Shown piece by piece: positions 26,470-33,638 of a stretch of DNA of 39,465 nucleotides. The position numbers and the translations under genes were made by a program. How positions within the stretch are numbered: position 1 is the stretch's first letter; every line of letters begins with the position of its first letter. This DNA is from a virus: positions 1-39,465 of the IMG/VR virus record IMGVR_UViG_3300010388_000098. One strand, given 5' to 3'. A model generated the notes under the pieces. That model worked only from the letters and a program-made list of their open reading frames with translations, was not told the DNA's origin and searched no databases.

Positions 26470-27756
26470 CTATACCTCCGTCACATCTTCAAGCGATACC
26501 TCAACGGTGCCGCAAAATTCTGTCGCTTTCTTTGGATCCCCCTTGACGAAGACAAGAACATTCTGGTGAACCCTTGCCAACTTTCGGGAGGTATTGAAAA
26601 ATTTCTCCGCTCTCATTGCGGCATTGCCCACTGCATTTACGAGGATGATCTCGTTGTAATAACTCATCCCGGCATCTTCAAAGGCTTCGATCGTATCAGC
26701 GACAAAGTTCTTGTAGATCCCTGTCTTTTTATCTCGAACCTCTGAGATCACCCAGACCGCAAAGCGATCGTCCTTGAGGCGATCTACGCTCTTGGCAATA
26801 ATAGATCGGTAGATCTCCAAGAATTGAGCGTGAGGCATATTTGAGATGTCGTCCGGATCGTCCGAATAGACCTCAAGATCAGCGTATGGAGGGCAAGAGA
26901 AGATCAGATCCGCCTTGAAATCAGCGGGCAGATCGTCAAGGCTCTTGTTACTGTCGCCAATGATCCACTCGGGCTGCTCGGATCCTGCGCAGATCTCAGC
27001 CGCTTGTAGGCGGTTAGACATGACCTGCTCTGCTCTTAACTCAAGGCCAAGGTATCGGCGCTCTAGGAGGCTCGCAAGCACTCCACGGACGGATCCTCCG
27101 GCGAATGGATCAAGGATCTGAGCGCCAGATGGAGCAAACCATCGGTAGGCCACTTCGCAGAGAACCGGATCAAAGATTGATGTGAACCCCTCTTTGGCGA
27201 TCGTCTTGCTGAATCCCAAAAGATTGTTGTCTCTGCCCTCTTCGCTTTTGATCCCAAGATCTAGCCAACGGCGCTTACGCTCCTGCCAATATCCGGCGCG
27301 AGAGTCAAAGATTGAAAGAGGCGGGATCAGAAATTTATCGGCGAGGGTCAATCCCTTCTCGCCCGGATCTGTTTCGTCTATCTCTGGAACATCAAAGCCA
27401 AGTTCGGCGATATCCCATCCCTCAGCCTCAAGTTCGAGAAGTTGCTTCGCGAGTTCGCCCTCATCCCATTCAGCCAATTCGGCCGAGCGATTATCAGCAA
27501 GAGCATACGCTTGAGCGGTTTCATCATCCCATCCATCAGGAACTTCACTCACGGCAATTTCCGTCCATCCCAAGGATTGAGCGGCAGCAAGGGTTCCATT
27601 GCCAGCAATGACCACGCCGCGATGCACCACGATTGGCTTGCGCTGCCCAAACTTTTCAAGGCTTGCAGCGATTGCTTTGAGGTTCTTCTCTGAGTGCTTT
27701 CGAGCATTCTGAGGATCAAGTTGTAAGTCTGAGATCGCCTTCTCTGATATTTTCAT
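26470..27756 (-). CDS. ParB-like nuclease domain / SAM-dependent DNA methyltransferase fusion
   Basis: 428 aa. N-terminal ParB/Srx-type segment (LQLDPQNARKH...IVVHRGVVIAGNGTLAAAQSLGW). C-terminal MTase motif I ILDPFAGGSVRG and motif IV FSCPPY. Confidence 0.8.
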   Translation of the reverse strand: MKISEKAISDLQLDPQNARKHSEKNLKAIAASLEKFGQRKPIVVHRGVVIAGNGTLAAAQSLGWTEIAVSEVPDGWDDETAQAYALADNRSAELAEWDEGELAKQLLELEAEGWDIAELGFDVPEIDETDPGEKGLTLADKFLIPPLSIFDSRAGYWQERKRRWLDLGIKSEEGRDNNLLGFSKTIAKEGFTSIFDPVLCEVAYRWFAPSGAQILDPFAGGSVRGVLASLLERRYLGLELRAEQVMSNRLQAAEICAGSEQPEWIIGDSNKSLDDLPADFKADLIFSCPPYADLEVYSDDPDDISNMPHAQFLEIYRSIIAKSVDRLKDDRFAVWVISEVRDKKTGIYKNFVADTIEAFEDAGMSYYNEIILVNAVGNAAMRAEKFFNTSRKLARVHQNVLVFVKGDPKKATEFCGTVEVSLEDVTEV

Positions 27757-27925
27757 ACGCCTTCAATTCTAGTCTTGCGTCAAGCAATTCATCTACTTGC
27801 TGGATGTATTGCGTCCGCTGGGTATAGGTTAGACGATTGCCATACCTATCCTGCAACTTTAATTGTAAGTAAGATAAGGCCTCATCAATATCTTCAAGTG
27901 TTAAATCATCAAGAGGTATCTGCAT
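27716..27925 (-). CDS. Hypothetical helical protein (69 aa; start uncertain)
   Basis: ATG 27925 gives MQIPLDDLTLEDIDEALSYLQLKL.... The TTG-initiated track ORF (to 28024) overlaps the HTH gene. The 3' end overlaps the ParB-MTase start by 41 nt. Confidence 0.45.
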   Translation of the reverse strand: MQIPLDDLTLEDIDEALSYLQLKLQDRYGNRLTYTQRTQYIQQVDELLDARLELKAYENIREGDLRLTT

Positions 27926-27959
27926 TAGAGATACCTGTTCCAAGATAGTGAGAACATTA

Positions 27960-28121
27960 TCACGCGGAATGCCTTTTGTCGTATGAATCTTGCAGCGTGT
28001 CGAGATCATACATTTTCTGGCCAAAATAGTCGGTCGCCGGGATATTGTCCTCCCGGATCCATCTATACAGGGTCGCCTGAGATACCCGAAAGATCTGCAT
28101 CGCCTCGCGAAAGGTTAGCAT
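27960..28121 (-). CDS. Excisionase/MerR-type helix-turn-helix DNA-binding protein (53 aa; not in the supplied ORF track)
   Basis: MLTFREAMQIFRVSQATLYRWIREDNIPATDYFGQKMYDLDTLQDSYDKRHSA has a classic HTH core. It overlaps the last 59 nt of the upstream ORF in the +1 frame. TTG 28136 is an alternative start. Confidence 0.6.
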   Translation of the reverse strand: MLTFREAMQIFRVSQATLYRWIREDNIPATDYFGQKMYDLDTLQDSYDKRHSA

Positions 28122-28725
28122 CGAGCATACGCCCAAGTAAGCGCCAGCGAGTTGATGACCAAGTAGTTCGACATGATGGGCAGATGATATCGGAAAAGGC
28201 GTTCAAAGTCGCCGGATTGATCTGCAAGCGATAGCCGCAAGTTTCGCCCTCTTCATTGATTGCCGGGCAGGTGCCAATCGTCACAAGATCTGATCGATGG
28301 CCAAGCGCTGCATTGATCCCCTTATTGATCAGAGAGACATCTTTGGCGAGCGCATCAATTTCTTTGTAATTCTCAAAGATCCATCGCTCGTGAATTGTTA
28401 AGTATCTGCATGATTCCCGGATGTAATTTTCTGTTTCTCCGCGGAATGTGATGCGAGTATGGCGCTGCTCTGATCTGATTGCTTGCTCATGCTTCAAGAG
28501 CGGCTCTTTAATTCCGGTGGTGCGAAGATGCAGCACCTCAAGTTTTACAGGAATGGGGGGAGTTTTACTTCCCCCCACCCTTTCACCCACACCTCGAGAA
28601 GGCATCAACTCGTTTCCGAGTAGCCCGTAGCCTTCCGAGATTTTGGAGATCCTCTCAACTGTCGCAGACCAGCACGAAGCGCAAACCAACGAGTCGGTTT
28701 TGCGGCGGCAGAGAGGACACTTCAT
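28063..28725 (-). CDS. Hypothetical protein with N- and C-terminal zinc-ribbon-like clusters
   Basis: 220 aa. CPLCRRKTDSLVCASC at the N-terminus and CPAINEEGETCGY...CPSC near the C-terminus. Early-region position next to the SSB gene. Confidence 0.6.
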   Translation of the reverse strand: MKCPLCRRKTDSLVCASCWSATVERISKISEGYGLLGNELMPSRGVGERVGGSKTPPIPVKLEVLHLRTTGIKEPLLKHEQAIRSEQRHTRITFRGETENYIRESCRYLTIHERWIFENYKEIDALAKDVSLINKGINAALGHRSDLVTIGTCPAINEEGETCGYRLQINPATLNAFSDIICPSCRTTWSSTRWRLLGRMLDANLSRGDADLSGISGDPV

Positions 28726-28991
28726 CAGACCGGGAAATTAGTTCCGGTCGCTTGCGTTGAACCTGTTGTGGTCGAATGCATGAATAGGCTGCCCAGAACA
28801 TGAGCGCCCGGTTCTTCAATCAATCGAGCAATCTGCGAAACAAGATACGCAAAATCTTTAGCCGTAAAGTTTTCTACGCATAGATAAATGTCGCCACATC
28901 CTGCATCGTATGTAGTTTCAAGTTCAGCAATTCGCTCGTTGGCTACTATTGGTTCGCTTTCTGGCGTCGCTTTTTCTTTTTTTAATCCCAT
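28725..28991 (-). CDS. Hypothetical protein (88 aa)
   Basis: ORF with 1-nt and 10-nt coupled overlaps to its neighbours. No motif recognised. Confidence 0.55.
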   Translation of the reverse strand: MGLKKEKATPESEPIVANERIAELETTYDAGCGDIYLCVENFTAKDFAYLVSQIARLIEEPGAHVLGSLFMHSTTTGSTQATGTNFPV

Positions 28992-29362
28992 GAAAGAGCC
29001 TCCTCTTGTTCTACTTTTGCGGTTTTGCGCTTGAGCGATCCCATCACCGCGACAACTTTTGCTTTGATCTCCATGCCAGTCTTGGCGTTGCCTTCTCGAT
29101 CTGTGAATTCAAAGTGGCGTAGATCACCTTTCACAATTAACTTTGTGCCTTTGGTTGCAGCATCTACAACCCACTCCGCTAATTCTCCGGTGACTGTAAC
29201 TTTCCACCAAACTGTTTGACCTTGATGCCATTCGCCGTTCTTATATTCGCGTGGAGTTTCTGCAATCGAGAACTTTGCAATAGCGAAATCGCCTTTTGAT
29301 CCTTCGATGAACTTGAGTTCAGCATCATCGCCGACATTGCCAATTACTTCAATTTGAGCCAT
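28982..29362 (-). CDS. ssb: Single-stranded DNA-binding protein (OB fold)
   Basis: 126 aa from ATG 29362 (MAQIEVIGNVGDDAELKF...WWKVTVTGELAEWV...KGTKLIVKGDLRHFEFTDREGN...). This is a typical SSB pattern with an acidic tail. The upstream part of the track ORF overlaps the HNH gene. Confidence 0.75.
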   Translation of the reverse strand: MAQIEVIGNVGDDAELKFIEGSKGDFAIAKFSIAETPREYKNGEWHQGQTVWWKVTVTGELAEWVVDAATKGTKLIVKGDLRHFEFTDREGNAKTGMEIKAKVVAVMGSLKRKTAKVEQEEALSWD

Positions 29363-29690
29363 CTTTGATACCTTCCGTTGGGGTGTAGGAACCTCCGTTG
29401 TCCAATAATACAGCAGTACCATCCGGAAGGATAAGAGGGTAAGAGGCTGGATCCGCCCAAGATGGAACAATCCATCCGTTCGCAATTGATTCCTTGGGAT
29501 TCATGTGGATCGCTTGGGAGCCCATATTGTGGCACTCATGGTGGACGGCGATCAGATTGCACACTTCATCTTGGCCGCCCTGCGATTTGAGTTTGCGATG
29601 ATGCAGCGCGAAGTTATGCCCTACCTTGCCGCATTTCTCACAATAAAATCCTGCGCGCTCAAGAACCATCTCCGCGATCTGTGCCTTCAT
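29349..29690 (-). CDS. HNH endonuclease
   Basis: 113 aa: CEKCGK...HHRKLKSQGG...NLIAVHHECHN (HNH motif with a zinc-binding Cys pair). Confidence 0.8.
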   Translation of the reverse strand: MKAQIAEMVLERAGFYCEKCGKVGHNFALHHRKLKSQGGQDEVCNLIAVHHECHNMGSQAIHMNPKESIANGWIVPSWADPASYPLILPDGTAVLLDNGGSYTPTEGIKDGSN

Positions 29691-29696
29691 GCTTTA

Positions 29697-29702
29697 AGTA
29701 TA
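29697..29702 (-). promoter_or_regulatory. -10-like TATACT, 6 nt upstream of the HNH ATG (possible leaderless start)
   Basis: Minus strand reads ...GGGCTTCAC TATACT TAAAGC ATG. There is no SD, and the spacing is the same as TATAGT-6 nt-ATG at 15043-15057. Confidence 0.35.
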
Positions 29703-29704
29703 GT

Positions 29705-29745
29705 GAAGCCCGCCGCGAAAGAGGCAATCAATAGCGGCGGGCTTC
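29705..29745 (-). terminator. Perfect 12-bp GC-rich stem-loop between the transglycosylase and HNH genes
   Basis: gaagcccgccgc (29705-29716) and gcggcgggcttc (29734-29745) with a 17-nt loop. On the minus strand it is followed by ACUAUACUU, a weak U tract. Confidence 0.4.
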
Positions 29746-29837
29746 GGTATCCATAATCTCCCCCGAGATCCATGGAACCCCAACCTTGGCGTGTGAGCGC
29801 AGGTTGGTAAGTATGTTAGTTGATAATCGGATCCATC

Positions 29838-30176
29838 TCAATACCAGTTGTTTCGATTATGGAAGGCGAGCGCCCTGCATGGATCGGAGTATCTGGATTT
29901 GATGTAGATCAATCCTCTGTTGATCTGAACCAATGTGTGAGTTTTTGGATCAAGGCCTAGAATCTGAGGGATCCCTCCAGCGTGGCGATTCTTTCCATTC
30001 TGGCGAACTGGTGTTTTGTTAAAAGCATCAGCGCGCCAATTGCTCTCAAGAGTCCAAAGCCGGTCAAGACATTGAAACTGATTCATCTCCCACCCGAAAG
30101 TCCGGATACTCACCTTCGCGTAGGATTTAGCAATCTCAGGAGTTCGGATCTCCTGCATCTTGGGGCTTTGAGCCAT
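29838..30176 (-). CDS. Lytic transglycosylase (SLT-like); probably begins upstream with a signal peptide
   Basis: 112 aa from ATG 30176. LWTLESNWRADAFN...AGGIPQ fits the catalytic Glu-Ser and GxxQ motifs of SLT domains. The frame stays open to 30248 and encodes a Sec-type signal peptide. Confidence 0.65.
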   Translation of the reverse strand: MAQSPKMQEIRTPEIAKSYAKVSIRTFGWEMNQFQCLDRLWTLESNWRADAFNKTPVRQNGKNRHAGGIPQILGLDPKTHTLVQINRGLIYIKSRYSDPCRALAFHNRNNWY

Positions 30177-30241
30177 TGCCGGTGTGGCGAGAACGATTCC
30201 TACCGCAATTGCGGCTACTGAAAGGATCCGTCCGAAGAATC

Positions 30242-30412
30242 TCAGCGGTCACCTTTCTCCGTTTCCTTAGCGCTCATTGTAGCCCTCCGTTGATTAGTTT
30301 CGGCATGGCCGTCCCCTTTCTCGGTTATGGTCTTGCAAGTGCTGCAAGACAGGTTGTTAATCATAATCCACGCCCCGCATCCTGTGCAGCGGGCGACACC
30401 CTCGAGGCTCAT
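30242..30412 (-). CDS. Zinc-ribbon mini-protein (56 aa)
   Basis: ATG 30412 overlaps the upstream TGA (ATGA). MSLEGVARCTGCGAW...LSCSTCKT has two CxxC pairs. Confidence 0.55.
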   Translation of the reverse strand: MSLEGVARCTGCGAWIMINNLSCSTCKTITEKGDGHAETNQRRATMSAKETEKGDR

Positions 30413-30543
30413 TCTTTGTGCCAGATAAATAACCAATACCAAAGGCCAAGATCCACGGAGATCATTTCATCCTTGGGCGCAATTGAGAACCCCAAGGCAA
30501 AGCCTTGGTTCCTACCGGCGAGTAACTTTACATTTGTTTCCAT
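30409..30543 (-). CDS. Hypothetical small protein (44 aa; not in the ORF track)
   Basis: ATG 30543 lies behind the strong SD GGAGGCAACAA. The peptide is METNVKLLAGRNQGFALGFSIAPKDEMISVDLGLWYWLFIWHKE. It fills the gap between two called genes. Confidence 0.45.
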   Translation of the reverse strand: METNVKLLAGRNQGFALGFSIAPKDEMISVDLGLWYWLFIWHKE

Positions 30544-30553
30544 TTGTTGCCTC

Positions 30554-30763
30554 CTATTCAAAGACGAGAACTTCGTCGTTATTGTTGATGTCCATCTTGA
30601 TCTTGTTGTATCCGCAAAAGCCGCACCGCCATTGGAAGATTCTGATCAGGCCGTACTTTCCATGGCCGCAAGTTGTGCCGAATTCAAGGGTGGGATGCTC
30701 CTCGAATTTGACGCATTCTTTCCTCTTGCACTTGGGGCAATTGAAGATCCTCGGCTTCATCAT
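30554..30763 (-). CDS. Zinc-ribbon mini-protein (69 aa)
   Basis: CPKCKRKEC...CGHG...CGFCG. ATGA overlap with the upstream gene. Confidence 0.6.
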   Translation of the reverse strand: MMKPRIFNCPKCKRKECVKFEEHPTLEFGTTCGHGKYGLIRIFQWRCGFCGYNKIKMDINNNDEVLVFE

Positions 30764-30945
30764 TTCGGATTGTCCGTTTTATAAAATCCCGGAGCGTTGA
30801 AGATCGTGGTGATCGGGGAGATCACCTTGACCATGATTCCGTTGCAAGAATCAAGGAAGCACTCGTGAGAGCCTTCATCATGAAATCCGTGAGCGATCAC
30901 TTCATGAGCGCCGCATTGTTTGCATTTGTAATCGTATCTAGGCAT
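30760..30945 (-). CDS. FmdB-type zinc-ribbon protein (61 aa)
   Basis: MPRYDYKCKQCGAHE...HECFLDSCNG matches the MPxYxYxCxxCG start of FmdB-family zinc ribbons. Confidence 0.65.
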   Translation of the reverse strand: MPRYDYKCKQCGAHEVIAHGFHDEGSHECFLDSCNGIMVKVISPITTIFNAPGFYKTDNPK

Positions 30946-31061
30946 TAGAGGTCATCCCAACAATCTTCACAGATCTTCCAGTCGCCGATCGAGATCAGAG
31001 TCTCAGCGCCAACCATCTCTTCGCAGCGCCCGCACTTCGCTAGATCTTCCGTCTCGATCAT
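30945..31061 (-). CDS. Zinc-ribbon mini-protein (38 aa; not in the ORF track)
   Basis: MIETEDLAKCGRCEEMVGAETLISIGDWKICEDCWDDL. The ATG overlaps the upstream TGA, and its TAA overlaps the next ATG. Confidence 0.5.
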   Translation of the reverse strand: MIETEDLAKCGRCEEMVGAETLISIGDWKICEDCWDDL

Positions 31062-31372
31062 AGGAGCATCCCTTCAAATTCGTGAGTGATCCAGACTGTG
31101 CATTCATTGCCGGCGGCATTCTTGCGGGTGCGCCCTGAGTCTGAGATCAATTGATCCTGTTCGAGCGACTTGCGAGTTGGGCGGATTGTGTCGCCGCTCT
31201 TGTCGAAGTAGGCTTGGATCTCTTGATCCGTTGCTCCATTGATTCCCTTGGAATGGATAAAGTCATACACCTTACGCCGCCATCCGCCGGATTTTAGAAA
31301 GAAAGCATCGGCCGCTTGGCGGGAGAGTGCGTGCTTGCCATAGATTACAGAATTGCGATCAATTTCCGTCAT
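31058..31372 (-). CDS. Winged-helix DNA-binding-like protein
   Basis: 104 aa. KVYDFIHSKGINGATDQEIQAYFDKSGDTIRPTRKSLEQDQLI...NECTVW resembles MarR-like wHTH domains. Confidence 0.45.
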   Translation of the reverse strand: MTEIDRNSVIYGKHALSRQAADAFFLKSGGWRRKVYDFIHSKGINGATDQEIQAYFDKSGDTIRPTRKSLEQDQLISDSGRTRKNAAGNECTVWITHEFEGMLL

Positions 31373-31622
31373 GCTCGGATCCCATCGCTACCTTGGCGCA
31401 CATATCTTGCACATGGAGCAGAGCGTTCTCGATGCCGTACTTCATGATCTGTTTGCGATTTTGCGTAAAATCAAGAGCGCAGATCTCGTCGTAGATTGAG
31501 TCTCGAATCTGAGCCTCGAGGATCTTGATCATGTTTCGAACTGTTTGCTGGCCTTCCGGCGTATCGAGGATCAGTTGCTTGTCCTTGATGCTCCAATGAT
31601 TTCCCTTACATAGAACCTTCAT
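31359..31622 (-). CDS. Hypothetical protein (87 aa)
   Basis: ORF with SD GAAGGAGGCAATC upstream of the ATG. No motif recognised. Confidence 0.6.
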   Translation of the reverse strand: MKVLCKGNHWSIKDKQLILDTPEGQQTVRNMIKILEAQIRDSIYDEICALDFTQNRKQIMKYGIENALLHVQDMCAKVAMGSEHDGN

Positions 31623-31707
31623 GATTGCCTCCTTCTAGTTTGAACAATAAAGTGAGAGTTGCTGGAATCAAGATCATCGCGGCGATCAGCCAAAGAACAA
31701 AGATCAT
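31606..31707 (-). CDS. Single-pass membrane mini-protein (33 aa; not in the ORF track)
   Basis: MIFVLWLIAAMILIPATLTLLFKLEGGNHEGSM. The ATG overlaps the upstream TGA (ATGA), and the 3' end overlaps the next gene by 17 nt. Confidence 0.4.
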   Translation of the reverse strand: MIFVLWLIAAMILIPATLTLLFKLEGGNHEGSM

Positions 31708-31979
31708 CGCCCGCCTCCATTCGCTGAGGCGAATTCTAGCGCTTCGTATGCATCGGTTGTAAGGACTTCCATCTCTCTACAATTCACATGAGCCGAATCG
31801 CAGCGAGAGCAATCTGACCATGTGATCAGATAAGTCGCGTCCGCCCAATTGGCGATCTTCACATTGCCGTAGCAAAGATGGTGGAGATCATCAATCCGGA
31901 AGGAATGCACTTCCCATTTGTCGTAATTCTCAAGCATTGTGTTGATCAGGTGCGCGAATTGATGTGAAATCTCGTTCAT
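31704..31979 (-). CDS. Hypothetical protein (91 aa)
   Basis: Start taken at ATG 31979 (MNEISHQFAHL...), which overlaps the upstream TGA. The TTG/ATG-extended track ORF overlaps the previous gene. Confidence 0.55.
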   Translation of the reverse strand: MNEISHQFAHLINTMLENYDKWEVHSFRIDDLHHLCYGNVKIANWADATYLITWSDCSRCDSAHVNCREMEVLTTDAYEALEFASANGGGR

Positions 31980-32119
31980 TCTGATCCTCCAATCAATCGA
32001 TCGTGAAGATCTGCGCACTTTTTACAAACGCGAGCGCGGAATTGTTCGCCGTTGTCGTATTTATACCAACGGAAGAAAAAGGGAACGCCTTTTCCGCACA
32101 TCTGGCAATCTTTGTCCAT
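31976..32119 (-). CDS. Zinc-ribbon mini-protein (47 aa; not in the ORF track)
   Basis: MDKDCQMCGKGVPFFFRWYKYDNGEQFRARVCKKCADLHDRLIGGSE. TAATG and ATGA coupling on the two sides. Confidence 0.5.
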   Translation of the reverse strand: MDKDCQMCGKGVPFFFRWYKYDNGEQFRARVCKKCADLHDRLIGGSE

Positions 32120-32370
32120 TAGTTGCCCACCAATTCTCGCATCATTTCATTCAATTCTTCGTAGTCTAATTTCTCAGAAACATACGGAACTTTATCTGGG
32201 GTCATGATTCCGATGATCTTTGTGTTGAGAATAAAAGCCATGTAAGGATTCTTTGGATCTGGATTCTCTTCCATGAAAGCAACCGCTGCACGATATAGCG
32301 GTTCGGTATTATTGATCCAGAGTGAAACATTCCATGTTTCGTAATTCTTCCAGCCTTCGTAAGTCGCCAT
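32119..32370 (-). CDS. Hypothetical Trp-rich protein (83 aa)
   Basis: MATYEGWKNYETWNVSLWINNTEPLY.... No function recognised. Confidence 0.6.
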   Translation of the reverse strand: MATYEGWKNYETWNVSLWINNTEPLYRAAVAFMEENPDPKNPYMAFILNTKIIGIMTPDKVPYVSEKLDYEELNEMMRELVGN

Positions 32371-32372
32371 GA

Positions 32373-32579
32373 TTAAGCACCTACCAAGATTGAATCGAAG
32401 GATCGGTTGAGGATGCGCTTCGCATATTCGCGAGAGATGCGATTGGCCTCTTTTTTATTATCAGCCCATACCATCATGTGCGCGTTGCACTCGCCTGTGA
32501 AGAAAACTTCATACTGACGGCGAGCGATCTGTGATGTGCTGAATGATGAGATCAATTCAGCGTCTGTAAGTATTGCCAT
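32373..32579 (-). CDS. Hypothetical protein (68 aa)
   Basis: First gene after promoter PD, with SD GAAAGAGGCAAACC before the ATG. Confidence 0.6.
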   Translation of the reverse strand: MAILTDAELISSFSTSQIARRQYEVFFTGECNAHMMVWADNKKEANRISREYAKRILNRSFDSILVGA

Positions 32580-32608
32580 GGTTTGCCTCTTTCTGTTTGG
32601 GTATTTGT

Positions 32609-32637
32609 ACGATATATGAGTAGGGGAATTAGTTCAA
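32609..32637 (-). promoter_or_regulatory. Promoter PD: -35 TTGAAC, 17 bp, -10 TATCGT (no hairpin)
   Basis: In the 62-bp gap the minus strand reads TTGAAC TAATTCCCCTACTCATA TATCGT ...CAGAAAGAGGCAAACC ATG. Confidence 0.5.
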
Positions 32638-32641
32638 GGAT

Positions 32642-32944
32642 CTACGCAGTCATTGCAATGTTGCGGAAACATGAGGCTTGGTATGCCAATTCGCCAACCG
32701 CATCACAAAATACATCGGCGTATTCGCCCTTGATTGTTTGCTTGCCTGATCGGGTGAAGATGCGGCGGATTGTGTAAGTATCGTTTGCAGCGAGATCGAT
32801 TGTGACTGAGTAGCCGTTTGATACTGGCAATGTAATCCCTGTTGGGCGAACCAATAGACGGCCGCCTGAAATTGCGTAAATGTTTTTGATGCCGATTTGA
32901 TCTACTAGAGTTTCAGCGCTGCAATCGATAAATGTTGCGTTCAT
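32642..32944 (-). CDS. Hypothetical protein (100 aa)
   Basis: First gene after promoter PB, with SD GAAAGAGGCAACAA before the ATG. Confidence 0.6.
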   Translation of the reverse strand: MNATFIDCSAETLVDQIGIKNIYAISGGRLLVRPTGITLPVSNGYSVTIDLAANDTYTIRRIFTRSGKQTIKGEYADVFCDAVGELAYQASCFRNIAMTA

Positions 32945-32963
32945 TTGTTGCCTCTTTCGTTAG

Positions 32964-33018
32964 GAGCCGGGGGGCTCGTTGATGTAGATACACAATCATT
33001 GATCCGGGAATTGTTCAA
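32964..33018 (-). promoter_or_regulatory. Promoter module PB: -35 TTGAAC, 17 bp, weak -10 TTGTGT, 12 nt, GAGCC-CCCC-GGCTC hairpin
   Basis: -35 at 33013-33018, -10 at 32990-32995, palindrome at 32964-32977. An A8 tract (33043-33050) lies upstream. Geometry matches PA and PC. Confidence 0.5.
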
Positions 33019-33036
33019 GGTCATTTCTGCCTTTTT

Positions 33037-33423
33037 CTAAACTTTTTTTTCTGGATCAATCTCCCAGATCTGGATCTCAACGCCCGGAGATCCGTAAGCC
33101 TTGGATGCGCTGATCTGGCAGACCTGAGCATCGTCCGCATACGCCACGCCTGTAAGCGCGTCAAGGATGCTTCGGATCTGTTTATCCAAGTCAGGCGGAA
33201 CCGTTGGCAGGGCTCTACGAGCGGTTTTGGGCTTTTCTAATGTAAAGGATAGGGAGATGGCTATCGGGCTTGTAATCGGCGTACAACCGGCTTTCCGGGC
33301 ATGGATCGCCACAAGCGCTCGCCACGCCAGCAATTCCTTCGTCTTTTGATGGATGATCCGATTGTTGAAAGCCTTCATCGACCCCTGTTGGATCGGCTTC
33401 CCATCAACGCGGAATGTCCTCAC
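33037..33423 (-). CDS. rusA: RusA-like Holliday junction resolvase
   Basis: PPDLDKQIRSILDALTGVAYADDAQV is the RusA catalytic signature. The likely start is GTG 33423, overlapping the upstream TGA (GTGA), giving 128 aa. The track ORF extends to 33480. Confidence 0.75.
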   Translation of the reverse strand: MRTFRVDGKPIQQGSMKAFNNRIIHQKTKELLAWRALVAIHARKAGCTPITSPIAISLSFTLEKPKTARRALPTVPPDLDKQIRSILDALTGVAYADDAQVCQISASKAYGSPGVEIQIWEIDPEKKV

Positions 33424-33638
33424 TTCATGGCTTTCTCGCGGTTGTATTTCTTGATCGCTTCGGATTGCGCCGCTTTGCATTCAGCACAAGTTGGCTCTCC
33501 TTGCTTTAAGTGCCGGCTATATCCAGCGCGAGTTCCGCATTGCGCGATCTTGCGTTGAGTGCCGCGTCTTACTTTTGGCTTGATCCCTTTCTCACAAGAT
33601 AGGCAGATGTAGTTTCTGAAACACAAACATTCACTCAC
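33420..33638 (-). CDS. Small Cys-rich protein (72 aa)
   Basis: CLSCEKG...CGTRAGYSRHLKQGEPTCAECKAA. I believe the CGT-AGY-RH...CxxC pattern resembles small DNA-binding proteins of actinobacterial phages; this is from memory and not verified. Confidence 0.55.
   Translation of the reverse strand: MSECLCFRNYICLSCEKGIKPKVRRGTQRKIAQCGTRAGYSRHLKQGEPTCAECKAAQSEAIKKYNREKAMK

Noticed and set aside
27960-28121. The excisionase-like HTH as evidence for a temperate lifestyle
   Set aside because: I could not recognise an integrase, repressor or attachment-site-like feature. Such small HTH proteins are common as stand-alone regulators.
29717-29733. GAAAGAGGCAA, the SD motif of the promoter modules, on the plus strand in the loop of the 12-bp hairpin
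   Set aside because: It is followed by ATA rather than a start codon, and no plus-strand ORF follows. It is probably a coincidence or a decayed remnant, not a functional plus-strand start.
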